A stretch of 64,000 nt of DNA from the human T2T-CHM13v2.0 reference genome, Homo sapiens, in the NCBI RefSeq assembly GCF_009914755.1, contig NC_060937.1; one strand, written 5' to 3'. How positions within the stretch are numbered: the first letter of the stretch is position 1; each line of letters starts with the position of its first letter. The notes beneath the pieces were generated by a model. It worked only from the letters and a program-made list of their open reading frames with translations, was not told the DNA's origin and did no database searches. Position numbers and translations under genes: made by a program. Positions 31,601 to 47,500 of the stretch are shown here, piece by piece.

Positions 31601-34600
31601 TATTCTATAGTGTACATAAAATATCAAAGTATCCAAACTAAACATTATATACTGTACATAAAATATGAGATTACATCAAATATATATTATATTAGGTACA
31701 TAAAATATGAAAGTACATCAGATATAGATTATATACTTTACATAAAATATCAAAGTACCCCAAATATATATTATATACTCTACATGAAATATCAAAGTTC
31801 ACAAACTATATATTATATAATGTACATAAAATATCAAAGTACCCAAGGTATATATTCTATACTGTACAAAAAATATCAAAGTACCCAAAGCATGCATTAT
31901 ATACTGTATACAAAATATGAAAATACATTAAATATATATTTTATTCTGTACATAAAATATCAAAGTACACCAGATATGTATTCTATAGTGTACATAAAAT
32001 AACAAAGTACACAAACTATCAATTATATACTGTACATAAAATATGAAATTACATCAAATATATATTAGGTACATAAAATATGAAAGTACATCAAATATAG
32101 ACTATATACTGTACATAAAATATCAATGTACACCAAATATATATTTTATACTCTACATGAAATATCAAAGTTCACAAACCATATATTATATACTGTACAT
32201 AAAACATCAAAGTACCCAAGGTATATATTCTATACTGTACAAAAAATATCAAAGTACCCAAAGCATGTATTATATACTGTACATAAAATATGAAAGTACA
32301 TCAAATATATATTTTATTTTGTACATAAAATATCAAAGTACACCAGATATATATTCTATAGTGTACATAAAATATCAAAGTACCCAAACTATACATTATA
32401 TACTGTACATAAAATATGAAATTACATCAAATATATATTATATTAGGTACATAAAATATGAAAGTACATCAAATATAGATTATATACTGTACCTTAAATA
32501 CGAAAGTACCTCAAATATATATTTTATACTGTACATGAAATATCAAAGTTCACAAACTATATATTATATACTGTACATAAAATATCAAAGTACCCAAGGT
32601 ATATATTCTATGCTGTACAAAAAATATCAAAGTACCCAAAGCATGCATTATAAACTGTACATAAAATATGAAAGTACATCAAATATATATTTTATTCTGT
32701 ACATAAAATATCAAAGTACACCAGATATATATTCTATAGTTTGCATAAAATATCAAAGTACCCAAACTATACATTATATACTGTACATAAAATATGAAAT
32801 TACATCAAATATATATTATATTAGGTACATAAAATATGAAAGTACATCAAATATAGATTATATACTGTACATAAAATATCAAAGTACCCCAAATATATAT
32901 TATATACTCTACGTGAAATATCAAAGTTCACAAACTATATATTATATACTGTACATAAAATATCAAAGTACCCAAGGTATATATTCTATACTCTACAAAA
33001 AATATCAAAGTACCCAAAGCATGTATTATATAGTGTACATAAAATATGAAAGTACATCAAATATATATTTTATTCTGTACATATAATATCAAAGTACACC
33101 AGATATATATTCTATAGTGTACATAAAATGTCAAAGTACCCAAAATATACATTATATACTGTACATAAAATATGAAATTACATCAAATATATATTATATT
33201 AGGTACATAAAATATGAAAGTACATCAAATATAGATTATATACTGTACATAAAATATCAAAGTACCCCAAATATACATTATATACTCTACATGAAATATC
33301 AAAGTTCACAAACTATATATTATATACTGTATATAAAATATCAAAGTACCCAAGGCATATATTCTATACTGTACAAAAAATATCAAAGTACCCAAATCAT
33401 GTATTATATACTGTATATAAAATATGAAAGTACATCAAATATATATTTTATTCTGTACATAAAATATCAAAGTACACCAGATATATATTCTATAGTGTAC
33501 ATAAAATAACAAAGTACAAAAACTATAAATTATATACTGTACATAAAATATGAAATTACATCAAATATATATTAGGTACATAAAATATGAAAGTACATCA
33601 AATATAGATTATATACTGTACATAAAATATCAATGTACCCCAATATATATATTTTATACTCGACATGAAATATCAAAGTTCACAAACCATATATTATTTA
33701 CTGTACATAAAATATCAAAGTACCCAAGGTATATATTCTATAGTGTACAAAAAATATCAAAGTACCCAAAGCATGTATTATATACTGTACATAAAATATG
33801 AAACTACATGAAATATATTTTTTATTCTGTATATAAAATATCAAAGTACACCAGATATATATTCTATAGTGTACATAAAATATCAAAGTACCCAAACTAT
33901 ACATTATATACTGTACATAAAATATGAAATTACATCAAATATATATTATATTAGGTACATGAAATATGAAAGTACATCAAATATAGATTATATACTGTAC
34001 ATAACATATCAAAGTACCCCAAATGTAAATTATATACTGTACATGAAATATCAAAGTTCACAAACTATATATTATATACTGTACATAAAATATCAAAGTA
34101 ACCAAGGTATATATTCTATACTGTACAAAAGATATCAAAGTACCCAAAGCATGTATTATATACTGTACATAAAATATGAAAGTACATCAAATATATATTT
34201 TATTCTGTACATAAAATATCAAAGTACACCAGATATATATTCTATAGTGTACATAAAATATCAAACTACCCAAACTATTTATTATATACTGTACATAAAA
34301 TATGAAATTACATCAAGTATATATTATATTAGATACATAAAATATGAAAGTATATCAAATATAGCTTATATACTGTATATTAAATACCAAAGTACCCCAA
34401 ATATATATTTTATACTGTACATGAAATATCAAATTTCACAAACTGTATGTTATATACTGTACATAAAATATCAAAGAACCCAAGGTATATATTCTATACT
34501 GTACAAAAAATATCAAAGTACCAAAAGCATGTATTATATACTGTACCTAAAATATGAAAGTACATCAAATATATATTTTACTCTGTACATAAAATATCAA

Positions 34601-37600
34601 AGTACACCAGATATATATTCTATAGTGTACATAAAATATCAAAGTACCCAAACTATACATTATATACTGTACATAAAATATGAAATTACATCAAATATAT
34701 ATTATATTAGGTACATAAAATATGAAAGTACATCAAATATAGATTATATACTGTACATAAAATATCAATGTACCCCAAATATATATTTTATACTCTACAT
34801 GAAATATCAAAGTTCACAAACCATATATTGTATACTGTACATAAAATATCAAAGTACCCAAGGTATGTATTCTATACTGTACAAAAAATATCAAAGTACC
34901 CAAAGCATGTATTCTATACTGTACATAAAATATGAAAGTACATCAAATATATATTTTATTCTGTACATAAAATATCAAAGTACACCAGATATATATTCTA
35001 TAGTGTACATAAAATATCAAAGTACCCAAACTATACATTATATACTGTACATAAAATATGAAATTACATCAAATATATATTATATTAGGTACATAAAATA
35101 TGAAAGTACATCAAATAGAGATTATATACTGTACATTAAGTACCAAAGTACCCCAAATATATATTTTATACTCTACATGAAATATAAAAAGTTCACAAAC
35201 TATATATTATATACTGAACATAAAATATCAAAGTACCCAAGGTATATATTCTATACTGTACAAAAAATATCAAAGTACCCAAAGCATGTATTATAAACTG
35301 TACATAAAATATGAAAGTACATCAAATATATATTTTATTCTGTACATAAAATATCAAAGTACACCAGATATATATTCTATAGTGTACATAAAATATCAAA
35401 GTACCCAAACTATACATTATATACTGTACATAAAATATGAAATTACATCAAATATATATTATATTAGGTACATAAAATATGAAAGTACATCAAATATAGA
35501 TTATATACTGTACATAAATTATCAACGTACCCCAAATATATATTATATACTCTCCATGAAATATCAAAGTTCACAAACTATATATTATATACTGTACATA
35601 AAATATCAAAATACCCAAGGTATATATTCTATACTGCACAAAAAATATCAAAGTACCCAAAACATGTATTATATACTGTATATAAAATATGAAAGTACAT
35701 CAAATATATATTTTATTCTGTACATAAAATATCAAAGTACACCAGATATATATTGTATAGTGTACATATAATAACAAAGTACACAAACTATAAATTATAT
35801 ACTGTACATAAAATATGAAATTACATCAAATATATATTAGGTACATAAAATATGAAAGTACATCAAATATAGATTATATACTGTACATAAAATATCAATG
35901 TACCCCAAATATATATTTTATACTCTACATGAAATATCAAAGTTCACAAACCATATATTATATACTGTAAATAAAATATCAAAGTACCCAAGGTATATAT
36001 TCTATACTGTACAAAAAATATCAAAGTACCCAAAGCATGTATTATATACTGTACATAAAATATGAAACTACATCAAATATATATTTTATTCTGTACAAAA
36101 AATATCAAAGTACACCAGACATATTTTCTATAGTGTACATAAAATATCAAAATACCCAAAGCATGTATTATATACTGTACATAAAATATGAAAGTACATC
36201 AAATATATGTTTTATACTGTACATAAAAAATCAAAGTACACCAGATATATATTCTATAGTGTACATAAAATATCAAAAGTACACAAAATATACATTATAT
36301 ACTGTACATAAAATATGAAATTACATCAAATATATATTATATTAGGTACATAAAATATGAAAGTACATCAAATATAGATTATATACTGTACATTAAATAC
36401 CAAAGTACCCCAAATATATATTTTATACTGTACATGAAATATCAAAGTTCACACACTATATATTATATACTGTACATAAAATATCAAAGTACCCAAGGTA
36501 TATATTCTATACTGTACAAAAAACATCAAAGTACCCAAAGCATGTATTATATACTGTACATAAAATATGAAAGTACATCAAATATGTATTTTATTCTGTA
36601 CATAAAATATCAAAGTACACCAGATATATATTCTATAGTGTACATAAAATATCAAAGTACCCAAACTATACATTATATACTGTACATAAAATATGAAATT
36701 ACATCAAATATATATTATATTAGGTACATAAAATATGAAAGTACATCAAATATAGATTATATACTGTACATAAAATATCAAACTACCCCAAATATATATT
36801 ATATACTCTACATGAAATATCAAAGTTCACAAACTATATATTATATACTGTACATAAAATATCAAAGTACCCAAGGTATATATTCTATACTGTACAAAAA
36901 ATATGAAAGTATCCAAAGCATGTATTATATACTGTATATAAAATATGAAAGTAAATAAAATATATATTTTATTCTGTACATAAAATATCAAAGTACACCA
37001 GATATATATTCTATAGTGTACATAAAATAACAAAGTACACAAACTATAAATTATATACTGTACATAAAATATGAAATTACATCAAATATATATTAGGTAC
37101 ATAAAATATGAAAGTACATCAAATATAGATTATATACTGTACATATAATATCAATGTACCCCAAATATATATTTTATACTCTACATGAAATATCAAAGTT
37201 CACAAACCATATATTATATACTGTACATAAAATATCAAAGTACCCAAGGTATATATTCTATACTATACAAAAAATATGAAAGTACCCAAAGCATGTATTA
37301 TATACTGTACATAAAATATGAAAGTACATCAAATATATATTTTATTCTGTACATAATATATCAAAGTACACCCGATATATATTCTATAGTGTACATAAAA
37401 TATCAAAGTACCCAAACTAAATATTATATACTGTACATAAAATATGAGATTATATCAAATATATATTATATTAGGTACATAAAATATGAAAGTACATCAG
37501 ATATAGATTATATACTTTACATAAAATATCAAAGTACCCCAAATATATATTATATACTCTACATGAAATATCAAAGTTCACAAACTATATATTATATAAT

Positions 37601-37930
37601 GTACATAAAATATCAAAGTACCCAAGGTATATATTCTATACTGTACAAAAAATATCAAAGTACCCAAAGCATGCATTATATACTGTATACAAAATATGAA
37701 AATACATTAAATATATATTTTATTCTGTACATAAAATATCAAAGTACACCAGATATGTATTCTATAGTGTACATAAAATAACAAAGTACACAAACTATAA
37801 ATTATATACTGTACGTAAAATATGAAATTACATCAAATATATATTAGGTACATAAAATATGAAAGTACATCAAATATAGATTATATACTGTACATACAAT
37901 ATCAATGTACACCAAATATATATTTTATAC
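28700..37930 (+). repeat. ~5.8-kb-offset direct duplication within domain 2 (about 28700-32150 vs 34100-37930)
   Basis: Rare variants recur at offset 5775-5779: tagagatt 29341/35116; ORF starts 30655/36434, 31406/37185, 32043/37822; the same 12-mer HOR variant occurs in both copies. Confidence 0.85.
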
Positions 37931-38570
37931 TCTACGTGAAATATCAAAGTTCACAAACCATACATTATATACTGTACATAAAATATCAAAGTACCCAAGG
38001 TATATATTCTATAGTGTACAAAAAATATCAAAGTACCCAAAGCATGTATTATATACTGTACATAAAATATGAAAGTACATCAAATATATATTTTATTCTG
38101 TACATAAAATATCAAAGTACACCAGATATATATTCTATAGTGTACATAAAATAACAAAGTAAAAAAACTATAAATTATATACTGTACATAAAATATGAAA
38201 TTACATCAAATATATATTAGGTAGATAAAATATGAACGTACATCAAATATAGATTATATACTGTACATAAAATATCAATGTACCCCAAATATATATTTTA
38301 TACTCTACATGAAATATCAAAGTTCACAAACCATATATTATATACTGTACATAAAATATCAAAGTACCCAATGTATATATTCTATACTATACAAAAAATA
38401 TCAAAGTACCCAAAGCATGTATTATATACTGTACATAAAATATGAAAGTACATCAAATATATATTTTATTCTGTACATAAAATATCAAAGTACACCAGAT
38501 ATATATTCTATAGTGTACATAAAATATCAAAGTACCCAAACTATACATTATATACTGTACATAAAATATG

Positions 38571-41500
38571 AAATTACATCAAATATATATTATATTAGGT
38601 ACATAAAATATGAAAGTACATCAAATATATATTATATACTCTACATAAAATACCAAAGTACCCCAAATACATATTATATACTGTACATGCAATATCAAAG
38701 TTCACAAACTATATATTATATACTGTACATAAAATATCAAAGTACCGAAGCTATATATTCTATACTGTACAAAAAATATCAAAGTACCCAAAGCATGTAT
38801 TATATACTGTACATAAAATATGAAAGTACATCAAATATATATTTTATTCTGTACATAAAATATCAAAGTACACCAAATATATATTCTATAGTGTACATAA
38901 AATATCAAAGTACCCAGACTATACATTATATACTGTACATAAAATATGAAATTACATCAAATATATATTATATTAGGTACATAAAATATGAAAGTACATC
39001 AAATATACATTATATACTGTACATAAAATACCAAAGTACCCCAAATACATATTATATACTGTACATGAAATATCAAAGTTCACAAACTATATATTATATA
39101 CTGTACATAAAATATCAAAGTACCCAAGGTACATATTCTATACTGTACAAAAAATATCAAAGTACCCAAAGCAAGTATTATATACTGTACATAAAATATG
39201 AAAGTACATCAAATATATATTTTATTCTGTACATAAAATATCAAAGTACACCAAATATATATTCTATAGTGTACATAAAATATCAAAATACCCAAACTAT
39301 ACATTATATACTGTACATAAAATATGAAACTACGTCAAATATATATTATATTAGGTACATAAAATATGAAAGTACATCAAATATAAATTATATACAGTAC
39401 ATAAAATACCAAAGTACCCCAAATGTATATTATATACTGTACGTGCAATATCAAAGTTCAGAAACTAAATATCATATACTGTACATAAAATATCAAAGTA
39501 CCGAAGGTATATATTCTATACTGTACAAAAAATATCAAAGTACGCAAAGCATGTATTATATACTGTACATAAAATATGAAAGTACATCAAATATATATTT
39601 TATTCTGTACATAAAATATCAAAGTACACCAAATATATATTCTATAGTGTACATAAAATATCAAAGTACCCAAACTATACATTATATCCTGTACATAAAA
39701 TATGAAATTACATCAAATATATATTATATTAGGTACATAAAATATGAAAGTACATCAAATATAAATTATATACTGTACATAAAATACCAAAGAACCCCAA
39801 ATATATATTATATACTGTACATGAATTATCAAAGTTCACAAACTATATATTATATACTGTACATAAAATATCAAAGTTCCCAAGTTATATATTCTATACT
39901 GTACAAAAAATATCAAAGTACCCAAAGCATGTATTATATACTGTTCATAAAATATGAAAGTACATCAAATATATATTTTATTCTGTACATAAAATATCAA
40001 AGTACACCAAATATATATACTATAGTGTACATTAAATATCAAACTACCCAAACTATACATTATATACTGTACATAAAATATGAAATTACATCAAATGTAT
40101 ATTATATTAGGTACATAAAATATGAAAGTACATCAAATATATATTATATACTGTACATAAAATACCAAAGTACCCCAAATACATATTATATACTGTACAT
40201 GAAATATCAAAGTTCACAAACTATATATTATATACTGTACATAAAATATCAAAGTACCCAAGGTATATATTCTATACTGTACAAAAAATATCAAAGTACC
40301 AAAAGCATGTATTATATACTGTACATAAAATATGATAGTACATCAAATATATATTTTATTCTGCACATAAAATATCAAAGTACACCAAATATATATTCTA
40401 TAGTGTACATAAAATATCAAAGTACCCAAACTATACATTATATACTGTACATAAAACATGAAATTACATCAAATATATATTATATTAGGTACATAAAATA
40501 TGAATGTACATCAAATATAAATTATATACTGTACATAAAATACCAAAGTACCCCAAATATATATTATATACTGTACATGAAATATCAAATTTCACAAACT
40601 ATATATTATATATTGTACATAAAATATCAAAGTAACCAAGGTATATTTTCTATACTGTACAAAAAATATCAAAGTACCCAAAGCATGTATTATATACTGT
40701 ACATAAAATATGAAAGTACATCAAATATATATTTTATTCTGTACATAAAATATCAAAGTACACCAAATATATATTCTATAGTGTACATAAAATATCAAAG
40801 TACCCAAACTATACATTATATCCTGTACATAAAATATCAAATTACATCAAATATATATTATATTAGGTACATAAAATATGAAAGTACATCAAATATAGAT
40901 TATATACTGTACATAAAATACCAAAGTACCCCAAATACATATTATATACTGTATATGAAATATCAAAGTTCACAAACTATATATTATATACTGTACATAA
41001 AATATCAAAGTACCCAAGGTATAGATTCTATACTGTACAAAAAATATCAAAGTACCCAAAGCATGTATTATATACTGTACATAAAATATGAAAGTACATC
41101 AAATATATATTTTATTCTGTACATAAAATATCAAAGTACACCAAATATATATTCTATAGTGTACATAAAATATCAAAGTACCCAAACTATACATTATATC
41201 CTGTACATAAAATATGAAATTACATCAAATATATATTATATTAGGTACATAAAATATGAAAGTACATCAAATATAAATTATATACTGTACATAAAATACC
41301 AAAGAACCCCAAATATATATTATATACTGTAGATGAAATATCAAAGTTCACAAACTATATATTATATACTGTATATAAAATATCAAAGTACCCAAGGTAT
41401 ATATTCTATACTGTACAAAAAATATCAAAGTATCCAAAGCATGTATTATATACTGTTTATAAAATATGAAAGTACATCAAATATATATTTTATTCTGTAC

Positions 41501-44500
41501 ATAAAATATCAAAGTACACCAAATATATATTCTATAGTGTACATTAAATATCAAACTACCCAAACTATACATTATATACTGTACATAAAATATGAAATTA
41601 CATCAAATATATATTATATTAGGTACATAAAATATGAAAGTACATCAAATATAAATTATATACTGTACATAAACTACCAAAGTACACCAGATATATATTT
41701 TATACTGTACATGCAATATCAAAGTTCACAAACTATATATTATATACTGTACATAAAATATCAAAGTACCCAAGGTATATATTCTATACTGTACAAAAAA
41801 TATAAAAGTACCCAAAGCATGTATTATATACCGTACATAAAATATGAAAGTACATCAAATATATATTTTATTCTGTACATAAAATATCAAAGTACACTAA
41901 ATATATATTCTATAGTGTACATAAAATATCAATGTACCCAAACTATACATTATATACTGTACATAAAATATGAAATTACATCAAATATATATTATATTAG
42001 GTACATAAAATATGAAAGTACATCAAATATAGATTATATACTGTACATAAAATACCAAAGTACCCCAAATGCATATTATATACTGTACATGAAATATCAA
42101 AGTTCACAAACTATATATTATATACTGTGAATAAAATATCAAAGTACCCAAGGTACATATTCTATACTGTACAAAAAATATCAAAGTACCCAAAGCATGT
42201 ATTATATACTGTTCATAAAATATGAAAGTACATCAAATATATATTTTATTCTGTACATAAAATATCAAAGTACACCAAATATATATTCTATAGTGTACAT
42301 TAAGTATCAAACTACCCAAACTATACATTATATACTGTACATAAAATATGAAATTACATCAAATATATATTATATTAGGTACATAAAATATGAAAGTACA
42401 TCAAATATAGATTACATACTGTACATAAAATACCAAAGAACCCCAAATACATATTATATACTGTACATGAAATATCAAAGTTCACAAACTATATATTATA
42501 TACTGTATATAAAATATCAAAGTACCCAAGGTATATATTCTATACTGTACAAAAAATATAAAAGTACCCAAAGCATGTATTATATACTGTTCATAAAATA
42601 TGAAAGTACATCAAATATATATTTTATTCTGTACATAAAATATCAAATTACACCAAATATATATTCTATAGTATACATCAAATATCAAACTACCCAAACT
42701 ATACATTATATACTGTACATAAAATATGAAATTACATCAAATATATATTATATTAGGTACATAAAATATGAAAGTACATCAAATATATATTATATACTCT
42801 ACATAAAATACCAAAGTACCCCAAATACATATTATATACTGTACATGCAATATCAAAGTTCACAAACTATATATTATATACTGTACATAAAATATCAAAG
42901 TACCGAAGCTATATATTCTATACTGTACAAAAAATATCAAAGTACCCAAAGCATGTATTATATACTGTACATAAAATATGAAAGTACATCAAATATATAT
43001 TTTATTCTGTACATAAAATATCAAAGTACACCAAATATATATTCTATAGTGTACATAAAATATCAAAGTACCCAAACTATACATTATATACTGTACATAA
43101 AATATGAAATTACATCAAATATATATTATATTAGGTACATAAAATATGAAAGTACATCAAATATAGATTATATACTGTACATAAAATACCAAAGTACCCC
43201 AAATACATATTATATACTGTACATGCAATATCAAAGTTCACAAACTGTATATTATATACTGTACATAAAATATCAAAGTACCCAAGGTATATATTCTATA
43301 CTGTACAAAAAATATCAAAGTACCCAAAGCATGTATTATATACCGTACATAAAATATGAAAGTACATCAAATATATATTTTATTCTGTACATAAAATATC
43401 AAAGTACACTAAATATATATTCTATAGTGTACATAAAATATCAATGTACCCAAACTATACATTATATACTGTACAAAAAATATGAAATTACATCAAATAT
43501 ATATTATATTAGGTACATAAAATATGAAAGTACATCAAATATAGATTATACACTGTACATAAAATACCAAAGTACCCCAAATACATATTATATACTGTAC
43601 ATGAAATATCAAAGTTCACAAACTATATATTATATACTGTACATAAACTATCAAAGTACCCAAGGTACATATTCTATTCTGTACAAAAAATATCAAAGTA
43701 CCCAAAGCAAGTATTATATACTGTACATAAAATATGAAAGTACATCAAATATATATTTTATTCTGTACATAAAATATCAAAGTACACCAAATATATATTC
43801 TATAGTGTACATAAAATATCAAAATACCCAAACTATACATTATATACTGTACATAAAATATGAAACTACATCAAATATATATTATATTAGGTACATAAAA
43901 TATGAAAGTACATCAAATATAAATTATATACAGTACATAAAATACCAAAGTACCCCAAATGTATATTATATACTGTACATGCAATATCAAAGTTCACAAA
44001 CTAAATATCATATACTGTACATAAAATATCAAAGTACCGAAGGTATATATTCTATACTGTACAAAAAATATCAAAGTTCGCAAAGCATGTATTATATACT
44101 GTACATAAAATATGAAAGTACATCAAATATATATTTTATTCTGTACATAAAATATCAAAGTACACCAAATATATATTCTATAGTGTACATAAAATATCAA
44201 ATTACCCAAACTATACATTATATGCTGTACATAAAATGTGAAATTACATCAAATATATATTATAATAGGTACATAAAATATGAAAGTACATCAAATATAA
44301 ATTATATACTGTACATAAAATACCAAAGAACCGCAAATATATATTATATACTGTACATGAAATATAAAAGTTCACAAACTATGTATTATATACTGTACAT
44401 AAAATATCAAAGTACCCAAGTTATATATTCTATACTGTACAAAAAATATCAAAGTACCCAAAGCATGTATTATATACTGTTCATAAAATATGAAAGTACA

Positions 44501-47500
44501 TCAAATATATATTTTATTCTGTACATAAAATATCAAAGTACACCAAATATATATTCTATAGTGTACATTAAATATCAAACTACCCAAACTATACATTATA
44601 TACTGTACATAAAATATGAAATTACATCAAATATATATTATATTAGGTACATAAAATATGAAAGTACATCAAATATATATTATATACTGTACATAAAATA
44701 CCAAAGTACCCCAAATACATATTATATACTGTACATGAAATATCAAAGTTCACAAACTATATATTATATACTGCATATAAAATATCAAAGTACCCAAGGT
44801 ATATATTCTATACTGTACAAAAAATATCAAACTATGCAAAGCATGTATTATATAGTGTATATAAAATATGAAAGTACATCAAATATATATTTTATTCTGT
44901 ACATAAAATATCAAAGTACACCAAACATATATTCTATAGTGTACATTAAATATCAAACTACCCAAAGTATACATTATATACTGTACATAAAATATGAAAT
45001 TACATCAAATATATGTTATATTAGGTACATAAAATATGAAAGTACATCAAATATAAATTATATACTGTACATAAAATACCAAAGAACCACAAATATATAT
45101 TATATACTGTACATGAAATATCAAAGTTCACAAACTATATATTATATATTGTACATAAAATATCAAAGTACCCAAGGTATATATTCTATACTCAACAAAA
45201 AATATCAAAGTACCCAAAGCATGTATTATATACTGTTCATAAAATATGAAAGTACATCAAATATATATTTTATTCTGTACATAAAATATCAAAGTATACC
45301 AAATATATATTCTATAGTGTACATTAAATATCAAACTACCCAAACTATACAATATATACTGTGCATAAAATATGAAATTACATCAAGTATATATTATATT
45401 AGGTACATAAAATATGAAAGTACATCAAATATAGATTATATACTGTACATAAAATACCTAAGTACCCCAAATACATATTATATACTGTACATGAAATATC
45501 AAAGTTCACAAACTATATATTATATACTGTACATAAAATATCAAAGTACCGAAAGTATATATTCTATACTGTACAAAAAATATCAAAGTACCCAAAGCAT
45601 GTATTATATACTGTACATAAAATATGAAAGTACATCTAATATATATTTTATTCTGTACATAAAATATCAAAGTACACCAAATATATATTCTATAGTGTAC
45701 ATAAAATATCAAAGTACCCAAACTATACATTATATACTGTACATAAAATATGAAATTACATCAAATATATATTATATTAGGTACATAAAATATGAAAGTA
45801 CATCAAATATAGATTATATACTGTACATAAAATACCAAAGTACACCAAATATATATTTTATACTGTACATGCAATATCAAAGTTCACAAACTATATATTA
45901 TATACTGTATATAAAATATCAAAGTACCCAAGGTATATATTCTATACTGTACAAAAAATATAAAAGTACCCAAAGCATGTATTATATACCGTACATAAAA
46001 TATGAAAGTACATCAAATATATATTTTATTCTGTACATAAAATATCAAAGTACACTAAATATATATTCTATAGTGTACATAAAATATCAATGTACCCAAA
46101 CTATACATTATATACTGTACATAAAATATGAAATTACATCAAATATATATTATATTAGGTACATAAAATATGAAAGTACATCAAATATAGATTATACACT
46201 GTACATAAAATACCAAAGTACCCCAAATACATATTATATACTGTACATGAAATATCAAAGTTCACAAACTATATATTTATACTGTATATAAAATATCAAA
46301 GTACCCAAGGTACATATTCTATACTGTACAAAAAATATCAAAGTACCCAAAGCAAGTATTATATACTGTACATAAAATATGAAAGTACATCAAATATATA
46401 TTTTATTCTGTACATAAAATATCAAAGTACACCAAATATATATTCTATAGTGTACATAAAATATCAAAGTACCCAAACTATACATTATATACTGTACATT
46501 AAATATGAAATTACATCAAATATATATTATATTAGGTACATAAAATATGAAAGTACATCAAATATAGATTATATACTGTACATAAAATATCAATGTACCC
46601 CAAATATATATTATATGCTCTATATGAAATATCAAAGTTCACAAACTATATATTATATACTGTACATAAAATATCAAAGTACCCTAGGTATATATTCTAT
46701 ACTGTACAAAAAATATCAAAGTACCCAAAGCATGTATTATATACTGTACATAAAATATGAAAGTACATCAAATATATATTTTATTCTGTACATAAAATAT
46801 CAAAGTACACCAGATATATATTCTCTAGTGTACATAAAATATCAAAGTACCCAAACTATACATTATATACTGTACATAAAATATGAAATTACATCAAATA
46901 TATATTATATTAGGTACATAAAATATGAAAGTACATCAAATATAAATTATATACTGTACATAAAATACCAAAGAACCCCAAATATATATTATATACTGTA
47001 CATGAAATATCAAAGTTCACAAACTATATATTATATATTGTACATAAAATATCAAAGTACCCAAGGTATATATTCTATACTCTACAAAAAATATCAAAGT
47101 ACCCAAAGCATGTATTATATACTGTTCATAAAATATGAAAGTACATCAAATATATATTTTATTCTGTACATAAAATATCAAAGTATACCAAATATATATT
47201 CTATAGTGTACATTAAATATCAAACTACCCAAACTATACATTATATACTGTGCATAAAATATGAAATTACATCAAATATATATTATATTAGGTACATAAA
47301 ATATGAAAGTACATCAAATATAAATTATATACTGTACATAAAATACCAAAGAACCCCAAATATATATTATATACTGTACATGAAATATCAAAGTTCACAA
47401 GCTATATATTATATATTGTACATAAAATATCAAAGTACCCAAGGTATATATTCTATACTGTACAAAAAATATCAAAGTACCCTAAGCATGTATTATATAC

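Larger units (their letters stand above)
6821..38570 (+). repeat. HSat1A domain 2, subfamily D (mixed 373/378-bp HORs)
   Basis: Monomer E = acaccaGat, ctCtacatg before A, frequent F variant aaataAcaaagtacAcaaactataAatt, frequent 5-bp deletion in G (tatattagg, first at ~7245). Last accagat at ~38495. Confidence 0.85.

Noticed and set aside
767-45730. Short minus-strand ORFs (60-81 aa)
   Set aside because: They appear only where a point variant removes a consensus stop codon.
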